From contig FLMG01002942.1 in the NCBI GenBank assembly GCA_900088475.1, positions 2,510 to 66,509 of the forward strand: a DNA stretch of 64,000 nt. Direction: 5' to 3'. Of the stretch, positions 13,601 through 26,400 are shown piece by piece. Each line of letters starts with the position of its first letter. Position 1 is the stretch's first letter. Under the pieces are notes generated by a model, which was not told where the DNA came from, made no database searches, and saw only the letters and a program-made list of their open reading frames with translations. This DNA comes from Hyphochytrium catenoides (Eukaryota > Protista > Hyphochytriomycota). The translations under genes and the position numbers were made by a program.

Positions 13601-14564
13601 GAGCTGCTTCTCCTTTAACCTGCACCAGGCAGGAGAAGTTAGCTATCCTGTCCCCTAATCATGGGAGACAGATCCCTTCCTTCCCTAACATAGGTCAAGC
13701 CCCTTCCCAGCAAGAAGAAGGGAGCGTTCAATGTTCTAGTGAGCCTGGCCTACTAGGTAGTATCGTTATCAGCCCACCAGAAGACAGCCACTGGGCCAAG
13801 CACAAGCAGAAAGAACAAGAAGTAAGGAGAGGAGAAGGTACAGAGGGTTCTTCAACCTCGTCATCCCTTACTACTATCCCAAGCCAAGAAAAAGAGGCCC
13901 AACAAGGAGAAAGAGAAGGAGGACTGAGAGAACAAGAAGAGAAGCAGCAGTTAGCGCTTTCTCTTGTTCTTTCATCCGCTGATCCGCACTACTCCCTCAC
14001 TAACTCTTTGTCGGAGCTGGCCAGTCTGGCAGCAGCTTCTCCAGGATTTGCTCCTCCGCCTGCTTTTATGGCTCCAGCAGGAGGTGTCCATCATGAAGGT
14101 CTACCGCTGACCAGCGAGACGGCAGGGTTTATGCTTCCCAGTCAGGGCGCTGTTGGCCTAAAAGCAGAAGAGGCCACGCTTTTCTCATTCTCTGCCTTTC
14201 CTACTTACCACCGGAGGATGGAACTAGACTCAAGAGCTCTTCTATGGGGATCATCATGTCTCTCCTTAACTGGAGCGGGGAATGTCACCGGCAACGACGC
14301 CCTGTTATCTCCCTTCGCGCAGCTTTGAGCACTAACGAGAAAAGTAGTGGGAGAGGTTGATAGGGAAGGTCCTCGCCCCTCCTTCTAAATGTCTGTGCAC
14401 CTAGAAAGAACTGTCTGTGCACCTAGAAAGAACTGTCTTTCCTCTGTTAAGATTGCCCGTTGCATTCTTCTCCTCGCTTCACGGTAATGTGTCTCTTCTT
14501 TCCTCTGTTCCCTGTGTACGATGGTGGATGTTTTCATTCATTCTCCATTCTTCACCTCTCTTTG
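10634..14564 (+). repeat. Segmental duplication, copy 1 (contains bHLH B)
   Basis: Colinear and highly similar by eye to 16250-20639, from gtattgc..catgcagcaaggaagggg to ttcacctctctttg. Confidence 0.92.
12908..14328 (+). CDS. bHLH transcription factor paralog B; exons 12908-13409 and 13487-14328; ~447 aa
   Basis: bHLH HNDRERRRIKDIQAAFSGLR..GYGYHRSQLFILRKTMEMV. A 77-nt phase-1 intron (gtaagg...gctaag...atag) joins ORFs 12908 and 13420 in frame. Confidence 0.88.
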
Positions 14565-16249
14565 ATAGTAGTATATTATAGGCAAGGCCACTGTTACCAC
14601 CGTCTTGTCGTCGCTTCAAAAGAGGGAATCGGCCGAGGGGAAACAAACAGAGGATAGGGCGAGAAACAGAGGAGCAACAGGTTGACAACTCCAAAGTGGT
14701 CCCTTGCTACGATGGCAAGCCAGCAACGACATACAGCAAATACAGCGAAGAAGGACGTTCGGGAGAAGAGGCACAGGCGAGACCTCTTCCTCTTGCTTTC
14801 CCTTCCTCTCCTGGTTGGTGACCGCATTACTCTCTTTTTTACCCTCTGCCCATAGCGGCAGGTCTAGATGCAGCTTCGACGGCGGGCTCCCCTTGCTAAG
14901 TGTTATAATAATGCCATCATATATGAAGGCGCCTTTGCTTTTTTTTCAGTGGACAGTAGGGGGATTAGGGGTGCCGGCCGATGTGCTGGAGGCATTAGAG
15001 GAGGACACTTCATGCTCCTCCGTCCTCCTCCTCTTCCCCTTCTCCGAGGACGTTCATATCCTCCTCCCCTTCTTTTTATTCGACAGAGAAGAACTACGTC
15101 CAGAAAGACACACTTTTCGTGTCTCTCGGTGTTTCTCATGCGAAGAAGACAAAAAAGTTGTAACAGGCAGCACCACAACGTCTCCGTTTTATGCTTTTAT
15201 TATTCCTAGGTGACTAACTAAGTCCTTAATACAACCTCCCTTTGCCCTTCAGTTCCCTTATATGCCCTCTCTGCAGCCCTCTTGGCGCAATGTCTGTCTC
15301 TCTCTCTTTCTCCCTGCTCTCTCTCTCCTCTCTCTTCTTACGTTTGTGTGCTTCTAGTTCTTTCTTCCGTTTTTGCCTTGTAGTTAGAGAGCAGCGTTCC
15401 TTTGCGGTGGGGCTTAACAGAGGTCATAGGATAATAAAGGAGAGGGGAAGGCTAGCAGTGTGAACGGGTTGCAGCTTCTCTTTCTCCCTCCTTATATCTT
15501 CGTTCAGAGCTGGTATGCGGAAAAAAAGAGATTTGACACTTTTGGAAATGAAGAAGGGGATTAAGATCGCAAGGTATTCGGGTGAGGGTGGGCCTGGCCA
15601 CCCACTATCGGAGCTCAATATAAATCTGGAGAAAGAGGTGGTGGCTGAAGAACTGAGGGCTGCCAAACTGATTCTTGACACTTCTTCCCAACACAAGCTT
15701 GCCCATTCTTTCCAAGAGGCCAAAAAAGTGCTCGCCGCTCATTATTATGCGAGCGCCTCAGCACTGATTCTCTTCGTCCATGGAGTTACGACTGTCCAGG
15801 TCTCTCTGTCTTTCTGCCAACCTATACGAGTATTCTCTCCGTCCAATGTTTCTTCACCTCCCAGGAGGGAAGAACAACAGAAATCCCAGTTCTCTGTACT
15901 CACTATGATCTCCCCTTTTATCATCATTATCACCTTGTTGTTCTTTTGAGCACCTCTTCGCGGACTACTCGTACTTATAGCCGATGCTAGTTCCATTCTA
16001 CCTTCTCATTACCAGCTCATCGCCTTGAGTGAGGTCCCATGTGGTCTGAGGAGAGATCAATAACACAAGAAGAGGACGGCTAACAAAGGAAAGTATCAGT
16101 CTCATGACCTTATACGAACATTAGCTGGGTGGGTGGGGAGCAGCCGCTGGTCGTCATGCCAAGGGTTAGTACTTTATCTTGCGGGCTCACGGGAAGGAAG
16201 AGTAGGGATGATCCAGAGAGGAATGTGATATTATGTACCATCATCAAAC

Positions 16250-19200
16250 GTATTGCATTAGCATGCAGCAAGGAAGGGGAGAGAGGAGAGAGGAGGAAAG
16301 AAAGATGTAGGTGACACAACGGATTTTTTACCTTCTTCCCGTTGTTCTCCTTCCTCCAGCTTCCGTTACTTTCGACACAAAAGGTATGCTGGTCCCTAAG
16401 TTCAGGACAGTCTAAGGGATTGCAGATGCCAATGAGCACTCGGTCATGTGGCGCTCTCTGAAGCTGTTCCATACAGCTAAATTTTGGCTTTAGAGAGAGC
16501 TTAGTGGTTCTAAGGCCTTAAAATGCAGATTCAATATCTTGTTTTAGTATGAGATTATCGAAAATACGGGAAACTTTCGGTAGATGCGGGGACTGGGTTG
16601 GCATGATGACAAGTGCTTAGAGAACGTGTCACATACCGGCCCTTTCCAAGCTCATTGTTCTGCATCTCTGACTTCGACCCCTTGACCGCGTCTTCTCTGT
16701 TAAGCATTCCAGTGCCGTATTTGGGACAAGTCTCATTTATCACAGTCAATCAGGGTATCCGACCTGCTTAGGCGGTCTTTATCTAAAATCAGTTAAGGTA
16801 GTGGTCCCATAGAGAGTTGACGTGGCAGGAAAGCAGCCTTTTTGTTAACTGATAATGAGCCACCATTCGCCCCCCATGATGTTCAAGCACTTTAGGACTC
16901 CTACAGGTACTTCTTTTATGGTGAGCCCAAAGATTCCATTCTCTTCATGGCCTGTAATTTTCATCCTGAAACATTGACACAGGTAGCTATTGCCTTCTAT
17001 TTTACTCAGTCAGCAGGGTACGTTGGAAAAAAAGAAGAAGAAAACGGGAGATAGATCCAGTAGCGACCTCAGGTCTGCTGCTCTTGTACGTGCTCTCAGG
17101 CCATATCCTAAGGGGAACCCTCTGTCCTTCTAAACCAATCCCTCTTCCTATACCAACATCTTTCTTCCTCCTCCACCACCACTCAGCATCAGCGTGAGAT
17201 GCTACTGCTTGTCGGTCTCCGATCTGGCAACATTACGAGTAGTACCTCTCAGTCAGTAGGTCCCTTGATGCCTCCAACCCTTTGAAAGCAATAATGCAGC
17301 AGAAGACTCTTTCTTGAGAAGAAGAAGGTCACGTCGGCACTGAAGAGCCTGTCTAACCAGAGTAGTGGACGACGAGTAAGCAGGCCATGCAACCAACAAC
17401 GTTAGAGGACCAATCCGCCAATCCTCTATTGATTCTTCCCATTCCTTTCCTCGTTTTCTGCTGCTAGCTAAGGTTCCGGTTCATCATCATCCTCTGAATG
17501 ATGAGGAGTGGTGTCTCCTGGTGTCTGATCTCCAGCCTTTCCAATGTTTCTGCTGCCTATAAAGAAGAGATATGGCCTCTTGCAGGCGGGCTGGGGAGTG
17601 CAGAGCCTCGCGGTACAAAAGTAACCTGGAGATCTGCACCACCACTACCTCGCTCCACGAAGTCCGTCAAAGAAGACTGCGAATAGCTTGAAAAGAAGGA
17701 CGCCATGCTATGCACACGAGACGACGTACTGTACTGTTGTCGGACAAAATTTAGAATAGCTAGGTAGGAGTTTGGCGGAGGAAGGAGAGAATGGAGTTTG
17801 CTATGGACAAGCACCAAGGAGGAGAAGAATAATGGTAGCGCGTGCCGTGGTGGATGCGAGAAAGCGATGGCCAGCAGCAGAGAGGAGATGGTGCTATATC
17901 TCCCTTCATAGTGCTCTTCTTGCGTTAGGCCTGTGAAGCGGGTTCGTTCCGGCGTGGGTGTGTATCGGTTGGCAAGCAGATTCTCCTTCCTTCGTGCACC
18001 TTCTTCTCTTCTAATGGTCTGAGTTAGACAAAGACGTCTGCCTGTGCACTTTCAAGAGAAGGATGGGTGAGCTCCTCGACTCTTCAGGGTAACTGTTCTG
18101 CGCCGGCCCGCCGCTCCATTTGTGTTAGTGATGATGGCGGCCGTGAACTCTGACCTCGATCTTCAAGATTCAGGACCGTTTAACGATGGTCTTAGGTAAT
18201 CTCCCGCGCTTTTTACTGGCATTCTGTTTCTGATGATTCCGGCGCAGGTAGTACCTGATACCAGATCTTCCCCTCTTCCTCTCCTTCCTCCTTCTCCTTT
18301 TGGTCACGTGTTTTCTCTCGCTCTGTGTGTGCCCACCCTCATCATGTCTCTAGCAGAGCAGAGAGGAGAGACCTTTTTAACCTATTATTTTAAGCAATTA
18401 CTAGCACCACGAAGTATACCTCGTGACAAGTCAACCTGCTGCTTGCAGACGAAGAAGGATGTCCTTTGTCTTCTTCCATCTGCTCATTAGTGAGAATAGT
18501 GTTCTGCTGGTCCTCTCACCTTCTCTACTTACCTCCCGTCCTGTTGGTTTCGAGAAAGTTCCACTTTCAGTTAGTATCACACCCGACCCGCAAATCCAGC
18601 TCATGCTCGGAAAGAAGAAGGGCTGGGAGAGGATCTGTCTTGATGGTTTGGCAACAAGAGACAAGCAGATGCTGCACCAACCTTCACTGAACTAACTGTG
18701 GTGTTGCTCTCGCCGCCGCCTGCCACCGCATCCATGATATCTTGTTGATCATAGTAGAGGACGGGCTCATTTTATTCCTTTCCTGAAAGTGCACAAACGT
18801 CTTCTCTGGCCGCCGCCTCCGCTCGAACCCAATATACATTTCCTGTTACGTAAAATGTGTTAGCCATTGTTAGCCAAAAATCTCGTCACGACACCAGCAG
18901 AGCGAACGACCAACCTGAGACCAGACCTCAATTCTCTCGTTACATCCTTCAGCACAACCTCACATTGCGCTAGCGCAGGAGCGCAGCGACAAGATAGGAG
19001 GGAGAAGAATGGAGACATCCAATTCTGCCTGGGCTATTTCCTCCTTTCCTCTTTCTAGTTCTTTGAGTAGAAAGAGGCATCTCGATAGCGGGAGCTGCTC
19101 CAGCAGCGGCAGTAATGAGGATCAGCCAGAGACGGAAGAGGAAGAAATCAGGAGGCAGAAGCGTTACTTGCACAATGACAGAGAGCGCAGGAGGATTAAA

Positions 19201-20639
19201 GACATCCAAGCGGCCTTCAGCAGTCTGAGGACACTGCTAGAAGAGCTGGGTTATGGCTATCATCGTAGCCAGCTCTCTATTCTCAGAAAAACAATAGAGA
19301 TGGTGGAAGAGATGAGAGATTCTATAAAAAGTGACCCACAACGAACACGACTCTCTCCTTTCCATGGCCCAAAAGCCCGACAGCCAACTCCGGAGAAGGA
19401 AGTGAAAGAAGAAGACAAGAGGACGCAACAAGCATACGCCTCGGAAACTTCGCCCCTACTGCTGCCAGGAAGAACCAAGATACAGAAGATGAAGGAGAGT
19501 ATCATTGGTAAGGCCCTATGTTCTTCTTTATCCACCATCCCCTTCCACTGCTAAGTAAGCTACTCTTCTGCGGTCCAATAGATGGACCCATGGCCCAGAA
19601 GGCAGTAGCAGGTGACTGGGGAAAAGATGAGGTTCCCAAGATTCCCGTTCTTCGCACAGAAGAACAGAGTGAGACGGGTCCCGTCGTTATTATCCCTGGA
19701 GCTGCTTCTCCTTTAACCTGCACCAGGCAGGAGAAGTTAGCTATCCTGTCCCCTAATCATGGGCGACAGATCCCTTCCTTGCCTGACATAGCCCAAGTCC
19801 CTTCCCAGCAAGAAGAGGGGGATGTTCAATCTTCTAGTGAGGCTGGTCTATTAGGTAGTATCGTTATCAGCTCACCAGAAGACAGCCACTGGGCCAAGCA
19901 CAAGCAGAAAGAACAAGAAGTAAGGAGAAGAGGAGAAGGTACAGAGGGTTCTTCAACCTCGTCGTCCCTTACTACTATCCCAAGCCAAGAAAAAGAGGTC
20001 CAACAAGGAGAAAGAGAAGGAGAACTGGGAGACCAAGCAGAGAAGCAGCAGTTAGCGCTTTCTCTTCTTCTCTCATCCGCTGATCCGCACTACTCCCTCA
20101 CTAACTCTTTGTCGGAGCTGGCCAGTCTGGCAGCAGCTTCTCCAGGATTTGCTCCTCCGCCTGCTTTTATGGCTCCAGCAGGAGGTGTCCATCATGAAGG
20201 TCTACCGCTGACCAGCGAGACGGCGGGGTTTATGCTTCCCAGTCAGGGCGTTGTTGGCCTTAAAGCAGGGGAGGCCACCCTTTTCTCTTTCTCTGCCTTT
20301 CCTTCTTACCGAAGGATGGAACTAGACTCAAGAGCTCTTCTATGGGGATCATCATGTCTCTCGTTAGCTGGAGCGGGGAATGTCACCGGCAACGACGCCC
20401 TGTTATCTCCCTTCGCGCAGCTTTGAGCACTAAGGAGGAAAATAGTAGGAGAGGTTGATAGGGAAGGTCGTCGGTCCTCCTAAATGTCTGTGCACGTAGA
20501 AAGAAATGTCTCTCCTCTGTTAAGAAGGCCGGTTGCACTCTTCTCCTCGTATCACGGTAATGTGTCTCTTCTTTCCTCTCTTCCCTGTCTGCGATGGTGG
20601 AAGTTTTCATTGGTTTTCTCCATTCTTCACCTCTCTTTG
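16250..20639 (+). repeat. Segmental duplication, copy 2 (contains bHLH C)
   Basis: Matches 10634-14564 and carries an extra ~430 bp (~17791-18222) absent from copy 1. Confidence 0.92.
19009..20426 (+). CDS. bHLH transcription factor paralog C; exons 19009-19507 and 19582-20426; ~447 aa
   Basis: Nearly the same bHLH as B. A 74-nt phase-1 intron (gtaagg...atag) sits at the homologous position and joins the two ORFs in frame. Confidence 0.88.
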
Positions 20640-20879
20640 TCACCTGAGCGCAACAAGACGACGAATAAAGGCTAATAAACATGGGAGATCCTTTATCCCT
20701 TCAAGAGTAAGATTGGTGAGGTGGGGGCGAACAGCAGGCACAGGAGGTTAATAAGGACGGGAGAGAGACTATTATTGAGTTGCGGACTTTCCTGCTTACA
20801 TTGGGTCCTTGGGTTAGGGTCAATGTCGGCAACTCTGTTAATACTTGAGTTCCTTACTAACAAGCATAAAGATGGAGAA

Positions 20880-21760
20880 GATTCAGAACTTTCCTGAACG
20901 AACAATGCAGGCCAAGCGACCTGCTCAAAGAGATGATGACCAACGAGACTTCAGTGACAAGCTCCTCATTGCATCTATTCTAATGGGTTTGCCAGAATCG
21001 TTCCGAGGTACTGTTGAAGCAATTCAGGTCCGCGGTAACGGGCACTCTGACTGCTGATCAATTGGAAGAAATTCTCATCGACGAGATAAATCGACGTAGA
21101 GCTGTAGCTGTTCAACAGGAGACTATTACTGGTGAAAGAGGAGCTTATCACACCGAACGTTCGGATATATATCACACCGAACGTCTGGATTCTCAGAAAG
21201 GAGAGACAGGAAAGGTGGACGCAATCCTTGTCCTCATTGCAATGGACAGACCCACCGTGCAGAACTCGGTTGGCGAAGAATTGGATGCCGCCAATGCTCA
21301 TCGACGACCAGTAGGGTGGAAATCGCGCACTAAGGGTAAAGATAGTAAGTCAACCGCAAAACCTGCAGCTGCTTTTGCGGCCTTTATTAATGCCCTTGAC
21401 GCGAATCAGCGCGAGGAGCTAATCAACTCTCTTGGAATCGTTGCTTATACCAAGTCTCCCCCTCGCGCGGATGAGAACGAACGAAGAAGGCTCAATGCGA
21501 CATCACAAGCAAAAGTGGCTTTCCCAGACAGCAACAATAAAGCGCGGTAAATCATTGATAGTGGTGCAACAGATCATATCACTGGCAACCGGCAACTTTT
21601 CCAGGACTACAAGGGTCATAGATCCATCTCTTCGCACTGCCGATAACAGAAGTGTAAGCGCGATCGGGCAAGGGACAGTCAAGCTTTCTCTTACATCTCC
21701 GACCAACAGGACGGGCACTGTAACCCTTCAAAACGTTTTACATGCGCCTGGATACATGGC
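20880..21760 (+). mobile_element. Ty1/Copia gag-protease remnant
   Basis: Gag-like DKLLIASILMGLPESF; protease *IIDSGATDHITGNRQLF with TAA where W is expected; after a frameshift LRTADNRSVSAIGQGTVKL..VTLQNVLHAPG. Truncated before integrase. Confidence 0.85.
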
Positions 21761-22307
21761 TGTACGGGTGGTGAGGCCTCCAGTGAGGTTACATCATTGA
21801 CACCGCCTCCTTTGGGTCATCATGCCCTCCTAGGCAGAGCTCTTTATGAATAATGAAGAAGAAAGATAGGAAAAGCTCAACAACGCTGGACGGGTAGCCA
21901 GCCACAAGGGAGAGACAGAGAACAGAGCTATGACAGTCACAGAGAACAGAAAAAATAGCAAGGAGTAATCAAGGCAGGGCGAGAGAGAGAGAACGAGACA
22001 GAGAGAGAGTGTGTGTGTGTGTGTGAGGGAACAAGAGAGTAAGAGAGAGTGTGTGTGTGAGAGATAGTGTGTGAGAGAGGGTGTGTATGAGAGAGAGTGT
22101 GTATGAGAGAGAGTGTGTGTGAGAGAGAGTGTGTGTGTGTGTGAGAGAGAGAGGAGAGGAGAGTGAGAGAGAGAGAGGAGCAGGAAAGGGAGTGGTGGCG
22201 GACGTAGTGTCCGACCCCCGTCTTTCCCTCCTTCAGAGCAGGGTTTTTATACAACTTTTGTCCGTTCTTTTGAGTATAAGGGACAAGCCCAAGATATGAC
22301 CGTATCA
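21761..22307. mobile_element. LTR-like element truncating the Copia relic
   Basis: Termini TGTACGG...CCGTATCA form an imperfect inverted repeat with TG..CA ends. Both ends resemble the element at 36028-36715. No target-site duplication seen. Confidence 0.45.
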
Positions 22308-22361
22308 ATATTAGGAGAGTTTGCTTCTAAAGGACATATCGTTCTTACAGCTTTTTGGTCA

Positions 22362-22556
22362 TCTCTCTCTCGCTCTCGCGCTCTCTCTCTCTTTCTCTCT
22401 TTCTCTCTCTCTCTCTTTTTCTCTTTCTCTCGCTCTCGCTCTCTTCTCTGCCTATCTCTTCCTTTGACCTACCAGCTCACTCTTCTTTTTCATTCTCTCT
22501 TTCTCTCTCTCTCTCTTTATGTCCCTCTCTTCTTTCTCTCTCTCTCTTCTCTCTCT

Positions 22557-22600
<44 letters not shown>
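22362..22600. repeat. Imperfect (CT)n microsatellite
   Basis: Read directly; explains the Ser/Leu-rich spurious ORFs here. Confidence 0.95.
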
Positions 22601-22601
<1 letters not shown>

Positions 22602-22836
22602 GATGTCTCCCTATGTCTCTCCCCTGTCTTCACGTCTGTCTCTTCACTTTGTCTCTCTCTTGCTGTATGATTGCATGTGCAGCTTGACGCTCAAGCAACT
22701 GTGAGATTCCTCTTCCTACCCTCTCCGGCTCCACTCTTACACTGCATCATTCGAAACCATTGCCCTCCCTCCTGCTGCGGCCACCACCACCGTTAGCACC
22801 TGGCTTTCTTCCTTGTGCAGTCCCCTTTTGTCCCCT

Positions 22837-22878
<42 letters not shown>

Positions 22879-23140
22879 CATCGCATCTTGGCAAGAGAGA
22901 GAAAGAATCCAGAAACTGCACTGCCAACTGGCGTCATTGCTTACTCTCATTTCCCTATTGTCAGACCTTTGAAGAGGAATTGGAGACATCTTGCTGTCTC
23001 GCTCAGAAGCTAGCAATGGCAAAGCTCTTTCTTTTTCTCTCTCTCTGAGCAGCGATAGCTCGGACTGTCAATCTCCTTCTCTTCTCAGAACTTTATAGTA
23101 GTGGAACTGCCAAAGCTCTGAAGGAGGAGAGAGAGAGATC

Positions 23141-23698
23141 ATGCTGACAGAAGAGGAAAGAGGGAGCTTTCGTTCTCTCTCGTCTTCCAGCAGCTCGTCT
23201 TCTTCATCCTCTCTCCTCGTCGTAATCCTTCCTGTTGCAGCTGGAGTGCCTCTTCTGCTTCTTCTCTCTTGGTGCTTGTGGCAGAGGAGAAACAGACAGA
23301 GAGAGAGAAAGGACGACGATATTCCTGAGAAGAACCAAAATTACGGAGTTGCAGACATTGAATCTCCTCCTTACTCTTCCTTCCGCCACTCTCTTAGCAA
23401 CGTAAGGAGAGAGGAAGAGAAGGTGCAAAAAGCTCTCTCTTCCTCTTCGTCATCTTCCCTTCTTTCCTCTCATCAAAGGATTGGCGCTGGACTGATAAGC
23501 GGAAAGGACGAAGAGAGAGCAGGAGGAAGAGAGGGAGAAAAAGAGAAGACACAAGGAGAGAAGATGAGACAATCTTCTGTACCCGTCGAGGGTGCTTGGA
23601 GAGGAGACAATGTCCTAGCACCAGGAGGAAACGATCTCAAGGCTCTCCAGTTAAGAGAGCTGCAGGAGTGTATTGAAGGTTGTCCCTTTCTTTGTCTT

Positions 23699-23729
<31 letters not shown>

Positions 23730-26400
23730 TGTTCTCGCTCTCTCTCTATCTCTCACTCTCCCGCTCTTCAATCTCCGTTACTCTTTAGGGCCTTTGGTCT
23801 CTCCCTCTCTTTCCTCTTCTTTCTGTCTCCGTCTTGTTTAGGACATCTAGTCTCCATGATGTCCTCTATTCTTTCTCTTGATCAATGTCCGTGCCTGGCG
23901 AAGGAGCTGGTTTCGCTGCTTCAAGGTTGTTTTCTGCAAGCTTTCCCCCTATTGTGGACCAGCCCGTGCTCTCTCATTGTCTCTATTTCTGTTCTTTCTC
24001 TGTCTTTGGATCATTGATGCCTTACTTGCTTTCCTCCTACTCCCCTACAGCGCTGTTTGAGACACCTGAAGGTGCATGGATACGTGTGGCTGACGTTGAC
24101 TACAAGCTCAGTCCCGGCACGACCTCCATCGAAAGTGGAAGAGGGAGAGAGAGAGAACGCTGGTTTCTTCTCTACGAGTGCTCTCCCCTCAACAGATCGA
24201 GAGAGAAGTTCTTGATTAAGCTGTTTCCTAATATTCTGAAGCCTAGGGCCATGACGGAGCATCAGGCCCTTCGTTCTCTCTTGGCTTCTCCTTCCTCGCT
24301 CTCTCCGCACATTATGGAGGAGATCGCATTTGATGGAGAGGTTCGGATTGTGAGGAGAGAAGCGAAGAGGGAAGGAGAGGAACAGGGCTTTCTTCTCCTC
24401 CCTTGCGCGGCCATGGTTTTAGAGAAAGCCGGAAGCACCCTCTTGCAGATGGTTGGCGACGCGATGGATCTAAGCAGCCAGAGCACCGTGGCTATGATCA
24501 CAGGTGGGACACAAGACGAAGAGAGAGAGAGAGTATCAGAGAAAAATGATAGAACAATGGGTGGATAGTGCTAGTAGAGAAGGTGAGGCTTTGATGTGGG
24601 ACTCTTCTCATAGAAAGAGGGACAACGACGAGAAAGGGTAAGGAGGACGATAGAACTAGGACGGGACAGAACACATCCTTCTCTCCTCCTAAAGTCACCT
24701 GCTCAGCTGCATCTGACTCCCAAATGCTGGTCTACCCGCACTTTATTTTTTGTCTCTTCTCTCCCTGGCAATTCTTTTAAGCTCACTCTTCTCTGGATCT
24801 TCTCTTCTTTTCCTTCAATGCTAAATGTTTTCGTTGCCCATCTACAGAGAAGGTTGTTGAGTGTCTGGCACATCTACATCTTCGAGGGTTTATCTATGGA
24901 GATCTACGGTTAGACTCTATCGTCAACGTCGGACAGTTCCCGCCCCAGCTCAAATTGATGGGCTTCGAGGGTGCCAAGAAAGAGAGAACGCTGTTCTCTT
25001 CTGAGTGTGTCTCACCCGAGTATTGCCCTCCGGAGATGGCCGTCCATTTGACCAAGAAGAAGGGCGGTGATAGGGCGCCAGAAGGAGTGAAAGCGCATTC
25101 AAGCTATGACATCTGGTGCCTCGGCGTCCTTATCCTTAAAATGTATGCAAGGGGCCAGCCGTTGGAGGAGTTTCGCAATCTAGAGGAGACGGGAGCAGGG
25201 AGGAGACTGACGACAGATAATATCTGTCTCTCCTCGTCACCAGCAATCATCGCAGCTCTTGCTTCTCCCTCTTTCTCCTTTCAAAGGAGCATTAGAAAGT
25301 TTGTTAGGCACGAGCCTATGCAAGATCTAGTCTCTCTTTGCCTTCAACGCAACCCTCAGAGCCGCCCCTCTGCCCGCTCTGTTATCTCTCTTCTCTCCCG
25401 CATCCGCTTCCAGAGTGGAGAGGCTGCGGATAACAGGAGAACCCGAAGAAAGAAGGCGAGAGAAGATATCGACCCTGAAGAGGAAGAGGAAACGAGAAAT
25501 AGATTGAAAGAGCTTCGCGGACAATCTCTGCCTTCTCTATGGATACTTCTTCCTGAGTCCAGGCCAAAAGAAGGTGGAGGCTGGGGCAGGAGACTGAAAA
25601 AGTCGAAAGTGTTTGACCAAGAGTTTTCTCTGGAGTTCGTCTGTGAAGGGCATTCTGGGGATATTCCTTGTGCATCAAGGCAGCCTCTTTCTCTTTCTTC
25701 TCTCTCTCTCGCGTCATCTGGTTCGTCTCTCTCCTCCTCATTGTCCTCATTGGCCCCTGACCCCTTGGAGCTTCTTCGTGGCGCTTGGCAAGTCTTCCAC
25801 AGCACACTGCTGCTTATCAGGGCTGCGGGGATTGTGGAAGACGAGTCTGCGCTCTCTCTCCTTGGCGCATTAGGAAAAAGAGAGCCTGTCGGGAACCAGC
25901 AACATATGTATGAGACCCTCCTTTCTTCTCTCTCTTTCTCATCTCTCCCTCCTCCCAGTGAGGCTGCCGTGAGGCTGCAGAAAGAGCTGGAGGTCTTCAC
26001 TCTTTTGGAGCTGGAAGGAACGAGAAAGAGACAAACGACAGCAAGCAGGGAAGGTATGGGAGAGCTCATAGGTGAGGCTCTTGGCTTGATGAATGCGATG
26101 CTCGCAGAAGATAGACGAAAGGAACTTCTGTCACTTCTCTCTTCCCTCTTTCCTTCTAATGATTGGACGAAAAGCGCAACGTTGGGCGGTCTCCGTCCGG
26201 TGAGGGTGAAAGCCTCTCAACGGCTCAACGAGGAAACAGAGATACGCTGGGTTTGCGCTAATCATGCGAGAGACTCTACTTGGTATGAAAGAGGGAGTTT
26301 GAGAGAGAACGATAACTACTCTTCAGATGAGGAAGGAGAAGAAGACGAAGACACTGAAGACGCAGAGTCTGAGCGACCCATGGGCTCTTCTTACTATTAG
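23141..26400 (+). CDS. Single-pass membrane protein kinase-like protein, probable pseudokinase; exons 23141-23678, 24051-24503, 24848-26400; ~847 aa; 5' end uncertain
   Basis: TM segment LLVVILPVAAGVPLLLLLSWCLW followed by QRRNR. Two phase-1 GT-AG introns join in frame. Kinase motifs: FLIKLF, AMVLEKAG, ECLAHLHLRGFIYGDLRLDS, LKLMGFEGA (DFG position), SPEYCPPEMA, SYDIWCLGV, CLQRNPQSRPSA. Confidence 0.82.

Noticed and set aside
13420-14328. 302 aa ORFs here and at 19518 as separate genes or programmed frameshifts
   Set aside because: Canonical phase-matched introns make them exon 2 of the bHLH genes.
15515-15949. 144 aa ORF with protein-like composition
   Set aside because: No recognisable domain or gene structure.
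25193-25243. Possible 51-nt intron with a non-GT donor in the kinase
   Set aside because: Branch and acceptor look plausible, but there is no canonical donor and the frame reads through; needs RNA-seq.
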